A DNA stretch of 64,000 nucleotides from positions 992,001 to 1,056,000 of the forward strand of contig CAWCRS010000003.1 in the NCBI GenBank assembly GCA_963798085.1, read 5' to 3'. Both the position numbers and the translations under genes were made by a program. The notes beneath the pieces are model-generated. The model did no database searches and was not told the DNA's origin. It saw only the letters and a program-made list of their open reading frames with translations. The DNA comes from an uncultured Gemmatimonadales bacterium (GTDB taxonomy: Bacteria > Gemmatimonadota > Gemmatimonadetes > Longimicrobiales > RSA9). This document shows, one piece after another, positions 19,502 through 28,694 of this stretch. Position 1 is the stretch's first letter. Each line of letters opens with the position of its first letter.

Positions 19502-20440
19502 TCAGTCGGCGAACGCGAGCTGGCCGCGCGCCCGTAATTCCTGCGGCAGCAGACTGCCCAGGATGAAGTCGTGGACAGGTGTGGGCACGCCGCTCTGCCG
19601 GCCGAACCGGACGACGGCGCCGCACCAGTCGTCCAGCTCGGAGGCACGACCGGCCGCGATATCGCGCTGCAGCGAGATCGTGCTGGCGGGCGCGAGGCTT
19701 TCGAGGAACTTCCAGGCGCGGCCCACCACCTGGTCGTCCAGAGCGATGCCCAGCGCGCGGGTGACCGCTTCGATTTCCCGGATTGCCTGATCCAGCAGCC
19801 GGCGGGTCTCGGGCAGATCCCGCAGTACGCCGACCGGCGCGCGCGTGATGGCACCGACGCCGCCCGCGGGCACCACATTGAGCAGCTTTTCCCACAAGGC
19901 GAGCCGGATGTCAGGAGAGACGGTCGCCTTGATGCCGGGCACATCGAGCAGGTCACGCACCCGCTGCGCGCGCTCGCTCGGCCGGCCATCACGCTCGCCC
20001 AGCTCGATGGCGGCGGGCCCGCCCACATGGCGGACGTGACCCGGGCCGGCGAGAAAGCTCACAATGCGGGCCGTGCCGCCCAGCACGGGCGGGTCGCCCA
20101 GGACGGCCGCAAGCCGGTCCGGCGCTTCCACGCCGTTCTGCATGGGCAGCACCGACGTGCCCTCACCCACCATCGGACGCATGGCCTCGGCGGCTTCGGT
20201 CACCTGCCAGGTCTTGACGCCCACCAGCACGAGGTCGACGGGACCGACGTCCGACGGCTCCGATGTCGCAGCCGGCCGCACGTGCACATCGCCCAGCACG
20301 CTCTCCAGGCGCAAACCCGACTGGCGCAGTGCCTGGAGATGCGCACCACGCGCGATCAGCGTGACTTCATGCCCCGCCGCAGCCAGCCGGCCCCCGAAAT
20401 AGGCGCCGGTGCCACCCGCGCCGAAAACCGCGATTCGCAT
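19502..20440 (-). CDS. panE: 2-dehydropantoate 2-reductase
   Basis: MRIAVFGAGGTG, VKTWQ, QNGVE, LWEK and SLQRD..AGR.SELD motifs. Confidence 0.9.
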   Translation of the reverse strand: MRIAVFGAGGTGAYFGGRLAAAGHEVTLIARGAHLQALRQSGLRLESVLGDVHVRPAATSEPSDVGPVDLVLVGVKTWQVTEAAEAMRPMVGEGTSVLPMQNGVEAPDRLAAVLGDPPVLGGTARIVSFLAGPGHVRHVGGPAAIELGERDGRPSERAQRVRDLLDVPGIKATVSPDIRLALWEKLLNVVPAGGVGAITRAPVGVLRDLPETRRLLDQAIREIEAVTRALGIALDDQVVGRAWKFLESLAPASTISLQRDIAAGRASELDDWCGAVVRFGRQSGVPTPVHDFILGSLLPQELRARGQLAFAD

Positions 20441-20467
20441 GCGCCACAATACGCCCTCGGCTGGCGC

Positions 20468-20513
20468 AAAAAAAGCCGGGCCCGGCGTCGCGTGAGCGGC
20501 TCCGGGCCTCGGC
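20468..20513 (-). terminator. Intrinsic terminator
   Basis: Minus strand GCCGAGGCCCGG...CCGGGCCCGGC followed by T7. Confidence 0.75.
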
Positions 20514-20576
20514 GGGGGCGAGCGGGTTTCAGGGGAGGCTCGCATCGGTGCGCGACGTCTGGCGTCGCTGGCTGAC
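20468..20576 (-). ncRNA. Candidate ~110-nt small RNA
   Basis: Lies between a sigma54-like promoter and an intrinsic terminator; no credible ORF; contains CCUCCCCU. Confidence 0.45.
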
Positions 20577-20586
20577 ACGTTACTAC

Positions 20587-20603
20587 AGCGATCCGCATGC
20601 CCA
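20587..20603 (-). promoter_or_regulatory. Sigma54-like -24/-12 promoter
   Basis: TGGGCATGCGGATCGCT (GG-N10-GC). Confidence 0.5.
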
Positions 20604-20780
20604 TCGCGCAGGACGGCGCAAGCCGGCGTAATTCGTTGTTATACAAGCGAAAGTCACAATACGGGCCGGCCGTGAAGCGCTGAATTGTCGGCCGGATACC
20701 CCAGAAATCGTTGTGAGGGAGCAACAATGCGGTGAAGCGGAGAGCCTTGCGGAACGGCGCAAGTCGTTACGCGAAGCCGA

Positions 20781-21338
20781 TCAACGCCAGCCGGTGTGCT
20801 TCTGCGGCGATGTGGGAGGACGGCGCCGGAAAGGAATGACGTAGGGCTGCTCCGGCAGCTCGGGCAGGCGGTCGAGCGTGGCGGCAGGCAGGGCATCGCG
20901 GCCCGCGATCCAGCCCTTGCCGCCAAGCACTATGAGGACCGGCACTGCCAGGGTCGCGACCAGCAGGGCGCGCAGCGACGTCGCATCGAACCCGGTCCGA
21001 CTTCCTGCGTCCACGACCGCCCGCACCTGCGCATAGTCGAGCAGGAAGCGTACGATCGAGGCGCCCAGCAACAGTGCGCCAACAAGGGCGAAAGCCGAGA
21101 GCAGCCGCAGCAGGAGCCGGTGGCCCAGCGTGACGGCAACGGTCATCGCGAGAGCCAGCCCGAGCAGCTGCAGGATCACAGCGCTGAAGCCAATGCCCAG
21201 CGAACCGAAGCGCCAGGAGGCTTCAAGCGGGCGAACGGGGAAGGCGGAAACCAGGTCGATGGCCGGACCAACCACGAGGAAGGCTGCCACTGCGTACAGG
21301 CCGGGGAGGAAGCTCCGAACGTCGGCGTTGCGGACCAT
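20781..21338 (-). CDS. Hypothetical 4-TM membrane protein
   Basis: 185-aa ORF with four hydrophobic segments and WRFGSLG; GAAGGA precedes the start. Confidence 0.75.
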   Translation of the reverse strand: MVRNADVRSFLPGLYAVAAFLVVGPAIDLVSAFPVRPLEASWRFGSLGIGFSAVILQLLGLALAMTVAVTLGHRLLLRLLSAFALVGALLLGASIVRFLLDYAQVRAVVDAGSRTGFDATSLRALLVATLAVPVLIVLGGKGWIAGRDALPAATLDRLPELPEQPYVIPFRRRPPTSPQKHTGWR

Positions 21339-21380
21339 GGGCCGTCCTTCGAAAGGGCAAACGCGCTGGTCCGCTGGAAT

Positions 21381-21396
21381 TGCGAAACCCGTGCCC
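21381..21396 (-). promoter_or_regulatory. Sigma54-like -24/-12 promoter
   Basis: GGGCACGGGTTTCGCA, about 43 nt upstream of ATG 21338. Confidence 0.55.
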
Positions 21397-21613
21397 TGGA
21401 CGGTCCGAACACGTAACGCCGTGTCGGCTACTCAGTTGTCACTCGATACATCGGGTGACGAAGGGGCCGGTAGCGGCCACGAGGTGGGGCAGCCGTTCGC
21501 TGGCTGTTGCCCGCCAGCTACAGCGTCACGCGTGGCAAGTCCCGGAAGAGGTGCCGCCTGGGTCCGGCGATGCGGCCGCCGCGCTGACCGGTGTGGCTAG
21601 CGGCTGCTTGACG

Positions 21614-22345
21614 TCAGCCGATCCAGACGACGTCGCGGAACAGCTCATCGAGCCTTGGAACGCCGGACTCGCGACGCCCGGTCACGGTTTCGGGCACGGT
21701 TTCGGTGGGCTCGGGCGAAAGGTGTTCCTCGGCCTCATCGACCAGGAGCGGTTCCGGCTCGGCGGCGGATGGCTGCGCCGCCACGGTGTCGAGGCGCTCG
21801 ACGGCACCGTTCACGGACTCCTCGGTACCCGCCCGGCCGGAATCGAAGTAGACGGCGGCCAGCTTCTGGTCGGCTTCCGGATCGACGAAGTGGAAGCTCT
21901 TGTTCCAGAATCCGGCGGGTGCCCACTCAATGCGGCCATCAGGACCTATGCGACGGCACATCTTGCCTTCGGCGACGGCGACATCGTTCCAGAATGTGCC
22001 GGAGGCCTCGTCACTGGAACTCCAGTCCGCCACCGTGACGCCGCACTTCCACACGCCATTGTCGATGAGGCGGCGGGCGATGCGTGCGACGAAGGGTCGT
22101 TCGTAGCTGGTGCGTCTCGAGAGCGCGTCGATGTTGTGTCCGAACTCGAGTCCGCAAAACAGGAGCACCGCGGCCTTGAAGGTCGGGCTCGACGGCGGCA
22201 GATCCGCGTTGTAGCGGCGGATCTTCGCTTCGATCTCACGCATCGTGGTCCGTGGCCGGCCTCCTCCGGCGCCCAGAAAACAGGAGCCTGGAGGTCCTTC
22301 CTTGACCGGTTCGTGGTCCCAGTGTGCGGTCGGCAGCTCGTGCAC
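21614..22345 (-). CDS. Hypothetical protein with possible HTH segment and acidic tail (start 22345 or 22243)
   Basis: Protein-like composition: FKAAVLLFCGLEFGHNIDALSRRTSYERPFVARIARRLIDNGVW...FWNDVAVAEG. Confidence 0.7.
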   Translation of the reverse strand: MHELPTAHWDHEPVKEGPPGSCFLGAGGGRPRTTMREIEAKIRRYNADLPPSSPTFKAAVLLFCGLEFGHNIDALSRRTSYERPFVARIARRLIDNGVWKCGVTVADWSSSDEASGTFWNDVAVAEGKMCRRIGPDGRIEWAPAGFWNKSFHFVDPEADQKLAAVYFDSGRAGTEESVNGAVERLDTVAAQPSAAEPEPLLVDEAEEHLSPEPTETVPETVTGRRESGVPRLDELFRDVVWIG

Positions 22346-22485
22346 GGATTCTTTCCGTTGAGTCGGAGACGCGGGACACGGCCCCGCCGTGCCCGCGATC
22401 CGACGATACGTTCCCCCGGCGGGGCGCCGCGTCCGGGCGGACGCTGCGGAGCCCACCAACACCCCCCTGGTGCGCAGTACCGAAG

Positions 22486-22501
22486 AGCGAGGAGTATGCC
22501 G
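22486..22501 (-). promoter_or_regulatory. Sigma54-like -24/-12 promoter
   Basis: CGGCATACTCCTCGCT (GG-N10-GC). Confidence 0.45.
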
Positions 22502-22611
22502 AGCAGCGTCCCCCATGGTGGCCTCCGAGTCCAAGCACAAGAATCGCATGATCTTATCCCGCTGGTGGGAATGCGCGGCACGTTTCCCCGACAGGCCAGG
22601 ATCCACCCCTT

Positions 22612-22630
22612 TTGCAACGACCCGTTGCAA
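22612..22630. promoter_or_regulatory. Perfect palindrome, candidate activator-binding site
   Basis: TTGCAACG-ACC-CGTTGCAA in the divergent intergenic region, about 110 bp upstream of the sigma54-like site. Confidence 0.5.
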
Positions 22631-22789
22631 GCTGCACGTCCACTTTTGAAACGCGGTGTCGGATCCGGTGCGGGCTCACTGCCGTCCGGGTGAGCATGGT
22701 TCGCCGCAGCAGTGGCGCGCTGCCGCCTTCCACCGCATCCTCATGACGCTTGCTGCAGTTCATCGTTCCGCCCGGCAAGGAGGCCCACT

Positions 22790-23281
22790 GTGGATACCGT
22801 CCGCATCACCGTGAATGGCACCACGCATTGGAATGCGATCGAGCCGCGTCTGCTGCTCGTGCAGTATCTGCGGGATGTCCTTGGCCTCACCGGAACCCAC
22901 ATCGGTTGCGACACGAGTCAGTGCGGTGCGTGCACCGTGCTGCTCGATGGTCTCGCGGTGAAATCGTGCACCCTGTTCGCCGTGCAGGCCGATGGCGCGA
23001 GCGTGGAAACCGTCGAGGGCCTGGCGAAGAACGGACAGCTGCATCCCGTGCAGGAAGCATTCTGGGAAAAGCACGGCCTGCAATGCGGCTTCTGCACGCC
23101 GGGCATGCTGATGGCCACGGAAGCACTGCTGCGTGAGAACGCGGATCCATCGGAAGCGGAAATCCGTCACGCTCTCGAGGGCAATCTCTGCCGCTGCACC
23201 GGCTACCACAACATCGTGAAAGCCGTGCAGTACGCCGCCGGCGCGCGCAGGGGCGGCGTGCGCGCAGAGTCACCCGCGTGA
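22790..23281 (+). CDS. coxS: Mo-hydroxylase small 2Fe-2S subunit
   Basis: [20 protein letters not shown] and NLCRCTGY motifs; GTG follows AAGGAGG. Confidence 0.92.
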   Translation: MDTVRITVNGTTHWNAIEPRLLLVQYLRDVLGLTGTHIGCDTSQCGACTVLLDGLAVKSCTLFAVQADGASVETVEGLAKNGQLHPVQEAFWEKHGLQCGFCTPGMLMATEALLRENADPSEAEIRHALEGNLCRCTGYHNIVKAVQYAAGARRGGVRAESPA

Positions 23282-23297
23282 TGGAGACGAGGAAACC

Positions 23298-25667
23298 ATG
23301 ACGACGAATTCAGGTCGACTGTTCGGCGCGAGCATCAAGCGGCGCGAAGATCCGCGGCTCATCACGGGCAAGGGCAACTACACCGACGACATCCGTCTGC
23401 CGGGCATGACGCACGCCGCGTTCGTGCGCAGCCCGTACGCGCACGCGCGCATCCGCTCGATCGACTTTGCGGAGGCCGCGAAACAGCCGGGTGTGATTGC
23501 TGTGTACATTGGCAAGGATCTGGCCGATGGCGGAGTGAATCCGATTCCCGTGGGTTGGCTGCTCGATGGACTCAAGATGGGTGAGCGACGGGCGCTGGCC
23601 ATTGATCGCGTGCGTTACGTGGGCGAAGCCGTGGCCATGGTGATCGGGGAAAACGCCCATGCCGCGCGCGACGGTGCAGAACTCGTGGACGTGAGCTACG
23701 AGCCGCTGCCTGCGGTGGCCGATGTGGCGCGCGCCGTGGAGCCGGGTGCACCGCAGCTCTACGCCGATGCGCCGCGCAACATCTGCTTCGAGTGGAGCAT
23801 CGGCGATGCGACCGCGACCGATGCGGCGCTCCGCGGCGCGGCGAAAGTCGTGCGCCAGCGACTCGTGAACAACCGGCTGATTCCCAACGCCATCGAGCCA
23901 CGCGCCTGCGTTGCCAGCTGGAACGCGGCCACGCAGGACATGACGCTCTGGGTGACTTCGCAGAACCCGCACGTGCATCGCCTCATCATGGGCGCATTCG
24001 TGCTGGGCATTCCTGAGCACAAGTTCCGCGTGATCTCGCCGGATGTGGGCGGCGGGTTCGGCTCGAAGATCTTCGTGTATCCCGAGGAAGTGGCGGCGTG
24101 CTTCGCCACGAAGGCCGTGGGCCGGCCCGTGAAATGGACGGCGGAGCGGCGCGAGAGCTTCATGACCGATGCACACGGCCGCGACCACGTCAGCGATGCC
24201 GAGCTGGCCGTATCCGCCGATGGGAAGATCCTGGGACTGCGGGTGCACACACTGGCGAACCTGGGAGCCTGTCTGTCGCTGTTCGCGCCCGTGGTCCCCA
24301 CGTACCTCTACGGCACGCTGCTCTCCGGCCAGTACACGATTCCTGTAATCCATTGTCAGGTAACAGGCGTGTTCACAAACACGGTGCCGCTGGATGCGCT
24401 GCGCGGCGCGGGCAGGCCGGAAGCGACGTTCGTGGTGGAGCGCATGATCGATCTGGCGGCGCTCGAGCTGGGGCTGGATCCGGCGGAGATCCGGCGTCGC
24501 AACATGGTGGGCGCCGACCAGTTCCCCTACCAGACGCCGGTGGCGCTGCAGTATGACAGCGGCAGTTACGAAGTGGCGCTGGACCTGGCCATGAAGCGCA
24601 TCGACTACACGGCCCTGCGCGCACGGCAGAAGCAGCTGCGCGCGGACGGGCGGTACCTGGGCATCGGCTTCTCGTCCTACATCGAGGCGTGCGGCCTCGC
24701 GCCCTCGAAGATCGTGGGCGCACTGGGAGCGCAGGCCGGACTTTACGAAAGCGGACAGGTCCGCGTCCATCCGACGGGCAAGGTGACGGTGTTCACCGGC
24801 TGCCAGAGCCAGGGACAGGGCCACGAGACCACGTACGCGCAGATTGTCGCCGATGAGCTGGGCCTCGCCGTCGAGGACGTCGAGGTGGTCCATGGCGACA
24901 CGGCCACGATCGCGTTCGGCATGGGCACGTACGGCAGCCGCAGCGGGCCGGTGGGCGGATCGGCGCTCTTCCTCAGCGCGCAGAAGGTGAAGAAGAAGGC
25001 GATGAAGATCGCGGCGCACCAGCTCGAGGCTGCGGAAGAAGACATGGTTGCTGAGGGCAACCGCTACCACGTGAAGGGGTCGCCTGACCGCTTCAAGACC
25101 TTCCAGGACATGGCGCTGGGTGCCTACCTCGCGCACAACATCCCGGACGGAATGGAGCCGGGACTCGATGCGACGACGTTCTTCGATCCGCCGAACTGGA
25201 CCTACCCGTACGGCACGCACATCGCCGTCGTGGAAGTGGATGCAGAAACCGGTCACGTGACGCTCGAGCGCTACGTCGCCGTGGATGATGTGGGCAATGT
25301 GATCAATCCCATGATCGTGGACGGCATGCTGCACGGCGGCATCGCGCATGGCGTGGGACAGGCGCTCTGGGAAGAGGCGAGGTACGACGAGAACGCGCAG
25401 CTGATCACGGGCTCGATGATGGAGTACGCGCTGCCCAGGGCGGACCAGCTGCCCAGTTTCGAAACCGAGCGCACGGTCACGCCTTCGCCCAGCAACCCGA
25501 TGGGTGTGAAGGGCGCGGGTGAAGCGGGGGCGATCGCGTCGCCGGCGGCCATTTCTAACGCCGTGTTGGACGCGCTCGCGCCGTTCGGCATCCGGCACCT
25601 GGATATGCCGTACACAGCACAGAAGGTGTGGCAGGCCATTCAGGCGGCTCAGGGAGGAGTGCACTGA
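23298..25667 (+). CDS. coxL: Mo-hydroxylase large subunit, form II CoxL-like
   Basis: [19 protein letters not shown] (form II-like loop), GQGHETT, TYGSRS and KGAGEAG motifs. Confidence 0.9.
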   Translation: MTTNSGRLFGASIKRREDPRLITGKGNYTDDIRLPGMTHAAFVRSPYAHARIRSIDFAEAAKQPGVIAVYIGKDLADGGVNPIPVGWLLDGLKMGERRALAIDRVRYVGEAVAMVIGENAHAARDGAELVDVSYEPLPAVADVARAVEPGAPQLYADAPRNICFEWSIGDATATDAALRGAAKVVRQRLVNNRLIPNAIEPRACVASWNAATQDMTLWVTSQNPHVHRLIMGAFVLGIPEHKFRVISPDVGGGFGSKIFVYPEEVAACFATKAVGRPVKWTAERRESFMTDAHGRDHVSDAELAVSADGKILGLRVHTLANLGACLSLFAPVVPTYLYGTLLSGQYTIPVIHCQVTGVFTNTVPLDALRGAGRPEATFVVERMIDLAALELGLDPAEIRRRNMVGADQFPYQTPVALQYDSGSYEVALDLAMKRIDYTALRARQKQLRADGRYLGIGFSSYIEACGLAPSKIVGALGAQAGLYESGQVRVHPTGKVTVFTGCQSQGQGHETTYAQIVADELGLAVEDVEVVHGDTATIAFGMGTYGSRSGPVGGSALFLSAQKVKKKAMKIAAHQLEAAEEDMVAEGNRYHVKGSPDRFKTFQDMALGAYLAHNIPDGMEPGLDATTFFDPPNWTYPYGTHIAVVEVDAETGHVTLERYVAVDDVGNVINPMIVDGMLHGGIAHGVGQALWEEARYDENAQLITGSMMEYALPRADQLPSFETERTVTPSPSNPMGVKGAGEAGAIASPAAISNAVLDALAPFGIRHLDMPYTAQKVWQAIQAAQGGVH

Positions 25668-25668
25668 C

Positions 25669-26538
25669 ATGTACGCGGCAGGATTCGAGTATCACCGTCC
25701 GGACTCGCTGGCCGAGGCAATCGCACTGCTGGGCGAATTCGGGGACGACGGCAAACTGATCGCGGGCGGGCACAGTCTGGTGCCGCTGCTCAAGCTGCGC
25801 TTTGCGACGCCGCAGCATCTCATCGATATCCGCAAGCTGCCCGGCCTGGCCGGCATCCGGGAAGAGCTTGACGTGCTGATCATTGGCGGTGCCACGACAC
25901 ACGCCATGATCGAGAAGTCGCCGGTGGTGCGGGCGAAGCTCCCGGTACTGAGCGAGACTGCGGGCGGCATTGGCGATCCCGCCGTGCGCAACATGGGCAC
26001 CATTGGCGGCAGCCTGGCGCACGCCGATCCCAATGCCGACTGGCCGGCACTGGTGCTGGCGTTCGGCGCCGACATCGCGGTGGCCAATCCGCATGGCGAG
26101 AAGCGCATTCCCGCAGGCGAGTTCTTCCGCGGCCTGCTGAGCACGGCGCTGGAAGTGTCCGACATCATCACGGCAGTGCGCTTCCCGCTGCAGCCGCCGC
26201 GCACGGGTGGCGCGTATGTGAAGTATCCGCATCCGGCATCGCGCTTTGCGGTGTGCGGCGTCGCCGCGCTGGTCACACTGGATGAGGGCGGGACCGTGAG
26301 TCGCACGCGTGTCGCCGTGACCGGGCTCGGGCCGGTGGCGACGCGCGCGCTGGCGGTCGAGACCGCGCTCACCGGGAAGCGGCCCGATGCCGCAGCCATC
26401 AAGGCAGCGGCGCTGCACGCGCCCGAGGGTCTCGAGCTGCATGGCGACCCCATGGGTTCGGAGGAGTTCAAGAGCAACCTGGCGCGCGTCTTCGCCAGCC
26501 GCGCACTGACCCGGGCACTGGAAAGGGCCGGTCTCTAA
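25669..26538 (+). CDS. coxM: Mo-hydroxylase FAD-binding medium subunit
   Basis: AGGHSLVPLLKLR and VRNMGTIGGSLAHADP motifs. Confidence 0.92.
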   Translation: MYAAGFEYHRPDSLAEAIALLGEFGDDGKLIAGGHSLVPLLKLRFATPQHLIDIRKLPGLAGIREELDVLIIGGATTHAMIEKSPVVRAKLPVLSETAGGIGDPAVRNMGTIGGSLAHADPNADWPALVLAFGADIAVANPHGEKRIPAGEFFRGLLSTALEVSDIITAVRFPLQPPRTGGAYVKYPHPASRFAVCGVAALVTLDEGGTVSRTRVAVTGLGPVATRALAVETALTGKRPDAAAIKAAALHAPEGLELHGDPMGSEEFKSNLARVFASRALTRALERAGL

Positions 26539-26545
26539 CACAGCG

Positions 26546-28159
26546 TTGGTGAACGAAACCAGCCGGCCCGCCCGCATCGCCGCAGTGGTGCTGGCGGCCG
26601 GGCGCTCCAGCCGATTCCCCGCACACAAACTGCTGGCCGACGTGGACGGTGAGCCGCTGGTGCGGCACACCGTCCGTGCGTTGCGGCACGCGGATCTGGC
26701 CGCCATCGTCGTGGTCCTCGGCCACGCGGCCGCCGAAGTGCGCGCGGCCGTCGGGCCGGATCCCGGCCGGGATGGGGCGCCCGCTCTTTCGTTTGTCGAG
26801 AATCCGGACTGGGCGAATGGCTCGGGCGCCTCGATCGCGGCCGGGATCCGCAGTCTGGGTGCCGACTTCGATGCCGCCGTGATCGTGCTGGCAGACCAGC
26901 CCACACTCGACCCCGCGGTGATCGACCGCGTCCTGGCCCGATGGCGCGAATCAGGCAGGCCGGTCGTGACCGCGGACTGGGCCGGCGAGCGCGGGCCGCC
27001 CGTACTGTTCGCACGCGCCGTATTCCCGGAACTGCTGGCCCTGCGCGGCGATCGTGGCGCACGTGACGTGGTGGGCCGGGACCCGGACCGGGTCGCGGTC
27101 CTTGCACTCGGCGAGCCATTCCCGCCTGATATCGACACTCCCGAAGATCACGTCCGGCTCGTGCCCCGGCCGCCCGCGCCCGACGCACCGGCGCGCGCCG
27201 ACGGTTCGGCAGAGGAGAGAACCAGAGAGGCAATGGAGCAACTGAAACAGAACGTCGGCGCCGTGATCGGCCCGGCGATACTCTTCGCGGTGGCATTGCT
27301 GGCTCTCTATTTCGTGCCTCGCCAGATGCCGCCCTTCAGCCTGCTGACCAGCATCGAGTTCCTGTCCTTCGGCTTCATGGTGGGCGCATACGGCACGATG
27401 GTGGGGGCAGGCGGCGGCTTTCTGATCGTGCCGGCGCTGCTGCTCGTGTACCACGCCACACCGCAGCAGGCCGCGGGCACGTCCATAACAGTGGTGTTCC
27501 TCAATGCGCTGTCCGGTTCGACGTCGTACGCGCGGCAGAAGCGCGTGGACTACCGTGCCGGCATGTGGTTCTCCGTGGCGACGCTGCCCGGCGCCGTAAT
27601 CGGCGCATACCTCACGCGCTACTTCTCCGGCCGCTTCTTCGACATCGTGTTCGGCCTCATGCTGCTGGGCATTGCCGCCATGCTCATCATCCGGCCCACC
27701 GTGCAGGAAGAGATCGCCGAGATGGTGAAGGAGGAGGGTCGCCTGCCCTGGTGGCACGTGCAGCGCGTTCTCGTGGACCGCTCGGGCACGACGTTCCAGT
27801 ACCGCTACAATGTCTGGACCGGTGTCACGCTGAGCTTCTTCGTGGGATTCATCTCCAGCATCCTGGGCATCGGCGGCGGCATCATCCACGTTCCGGTGCT
27901 GATCCACGTCATGGGCTTCCCGGCACACATTGCGACCGCCACCTCGCACTTCATCCTGGCGGTTTCCGCAGGCGCCGGGGCATTGAGTCACATTGCACTG
28001 GGAAACGTACTTGCGGGGCCATCGGTATTCATGGGTATTGGTGTGCTGGGCGGGGCGCCGCTGGGCGCCCACCTGGCCAGCGAACTGAAGGGCTCTCGCG
28101 TCATCCGACTGCTCTCACTCGCGCTGATCTTCGTCGGGCTGCGACTCCTGCTGCGCTGA
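26546..28159 (+). CDS. mocA: MocA-like Mo-cofactor nucleotidyltransferase in frame with a TauE/SafE (TSUP) transporter; possibly two genes, the second starting at 27233
   Basis: LAAGRSSRF, LADQP, GDRGAR and DIDTPED, then GAGGGFLIVP, ILGIGGGIIHVP and ATATSHF. Confidence 0.8.
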   Translation: MVNETSRPARIAAVVLAAGRSSRFPAHKLLADVDGEPLVRHTVRALRHADLAAIVVVLGHAAAEVRAAVGPDPGRDGAPALSFVENPDWANGSGASIAAGIRSLGADFDAAVIVLADQPTLDPAVIDRVLARWRESGRPVVTADWAGERGPPVLFARAVFPELLALRGDRGARDVVGRDPDRVAVLALGEPFPPDIDTPEDHVRLVPRPPAPDAPARADGSAEERTREAMEQLKQNVGAVIGPAILFAVALLALYFVPRQMPPFSLLTSIEFLSFGFMVGAYGTMVGAGGGFLIVPALLLVYHATPQQAAGTSITVVFLNALSGSTSYARQKRVDYRAGMWFSVATLPGAVIGAYLTRYFSGRFFDIVFGLMLLGIAAMLIIRPTVQEEIAEMVKEEGRLPWWHVQRVLVDRSGTTFQYRYNVWTGVTLSFFVGFISSILGIGGGIIHVPVLIHVMGFPAHIATATSHFILAVSAGAGALSHIALGNVLAGPSVFMGIGVLGGAPLGAHLASELKGSRVIRLLSLALIFVGLRLLLR

Positions 28160-28319
28160 CGAAGACCCGGGATCAGTGGCGACCCGATAGCATCTCCGGC
28201 GTCGCATTCGCAGCACGAGCATCACAAACGAGCACAGCACAGGGGCGCGTTGCCAGCGCCCATCCCGAACTGCGCGGCAGAGTCGCTGACGACTGCAGGC
28301 GAAGGGAGGTTTGTGAGCA

Positions 28320-28520
28320 GTGCCCAGGCTGAGCTGCAGGGAGCTGGGTGGCGATTGCGATTTTGTCGTGGAAGCAGGTAGCCCCGCAGAGGCGAAACAG
28401 GAACTGCTGCGTCACGTCAGCAGCGCGCACCACGCGCGCCTCGCGCGCATGTCGGAGGATGAGCGCGAGGCACTGGATGTGCGCATCGACCGCATGCTCC
28501 TGAAGCGCCCGGGCTACTGA
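28320..28520 (+). CDS. Small DUF1059-like metal-binding protein
   Basis: LSCRELGGDCDF...LLRHVSSAH; GGGAGG precedes the start. Confidence 0.7.
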   Translation: MPRLSCRELGGDCDFVVEAGSPAEAKQELLRHVSSAHHARLARMSEDEREALDVRIDRMLLKRPGY

Positions 28521-28694
28521 ACGCCGTCCCGACGGCAGCAGACAGAACCGCTCAGGCTCAGATACACCGTCTTGCCGGTGCCGGCTCGAAGCGCGGACAG
28601 CCGCTCCCCGTGGCCATCCGCGCGCAACAATGGGTTAGCCAGATCCCGGCCGCCCGCGCGCCCGCCGGCACCTTGCCGCTGCTGCGGCGGACTC

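Noticed and set aside
22790..26538. Bona fide aerobic (form I) CO dehydrogenase
   Set aside because: Lacks the AYXCSFR motif and has S-L-M order, so CO oxidation cannot be claimed.
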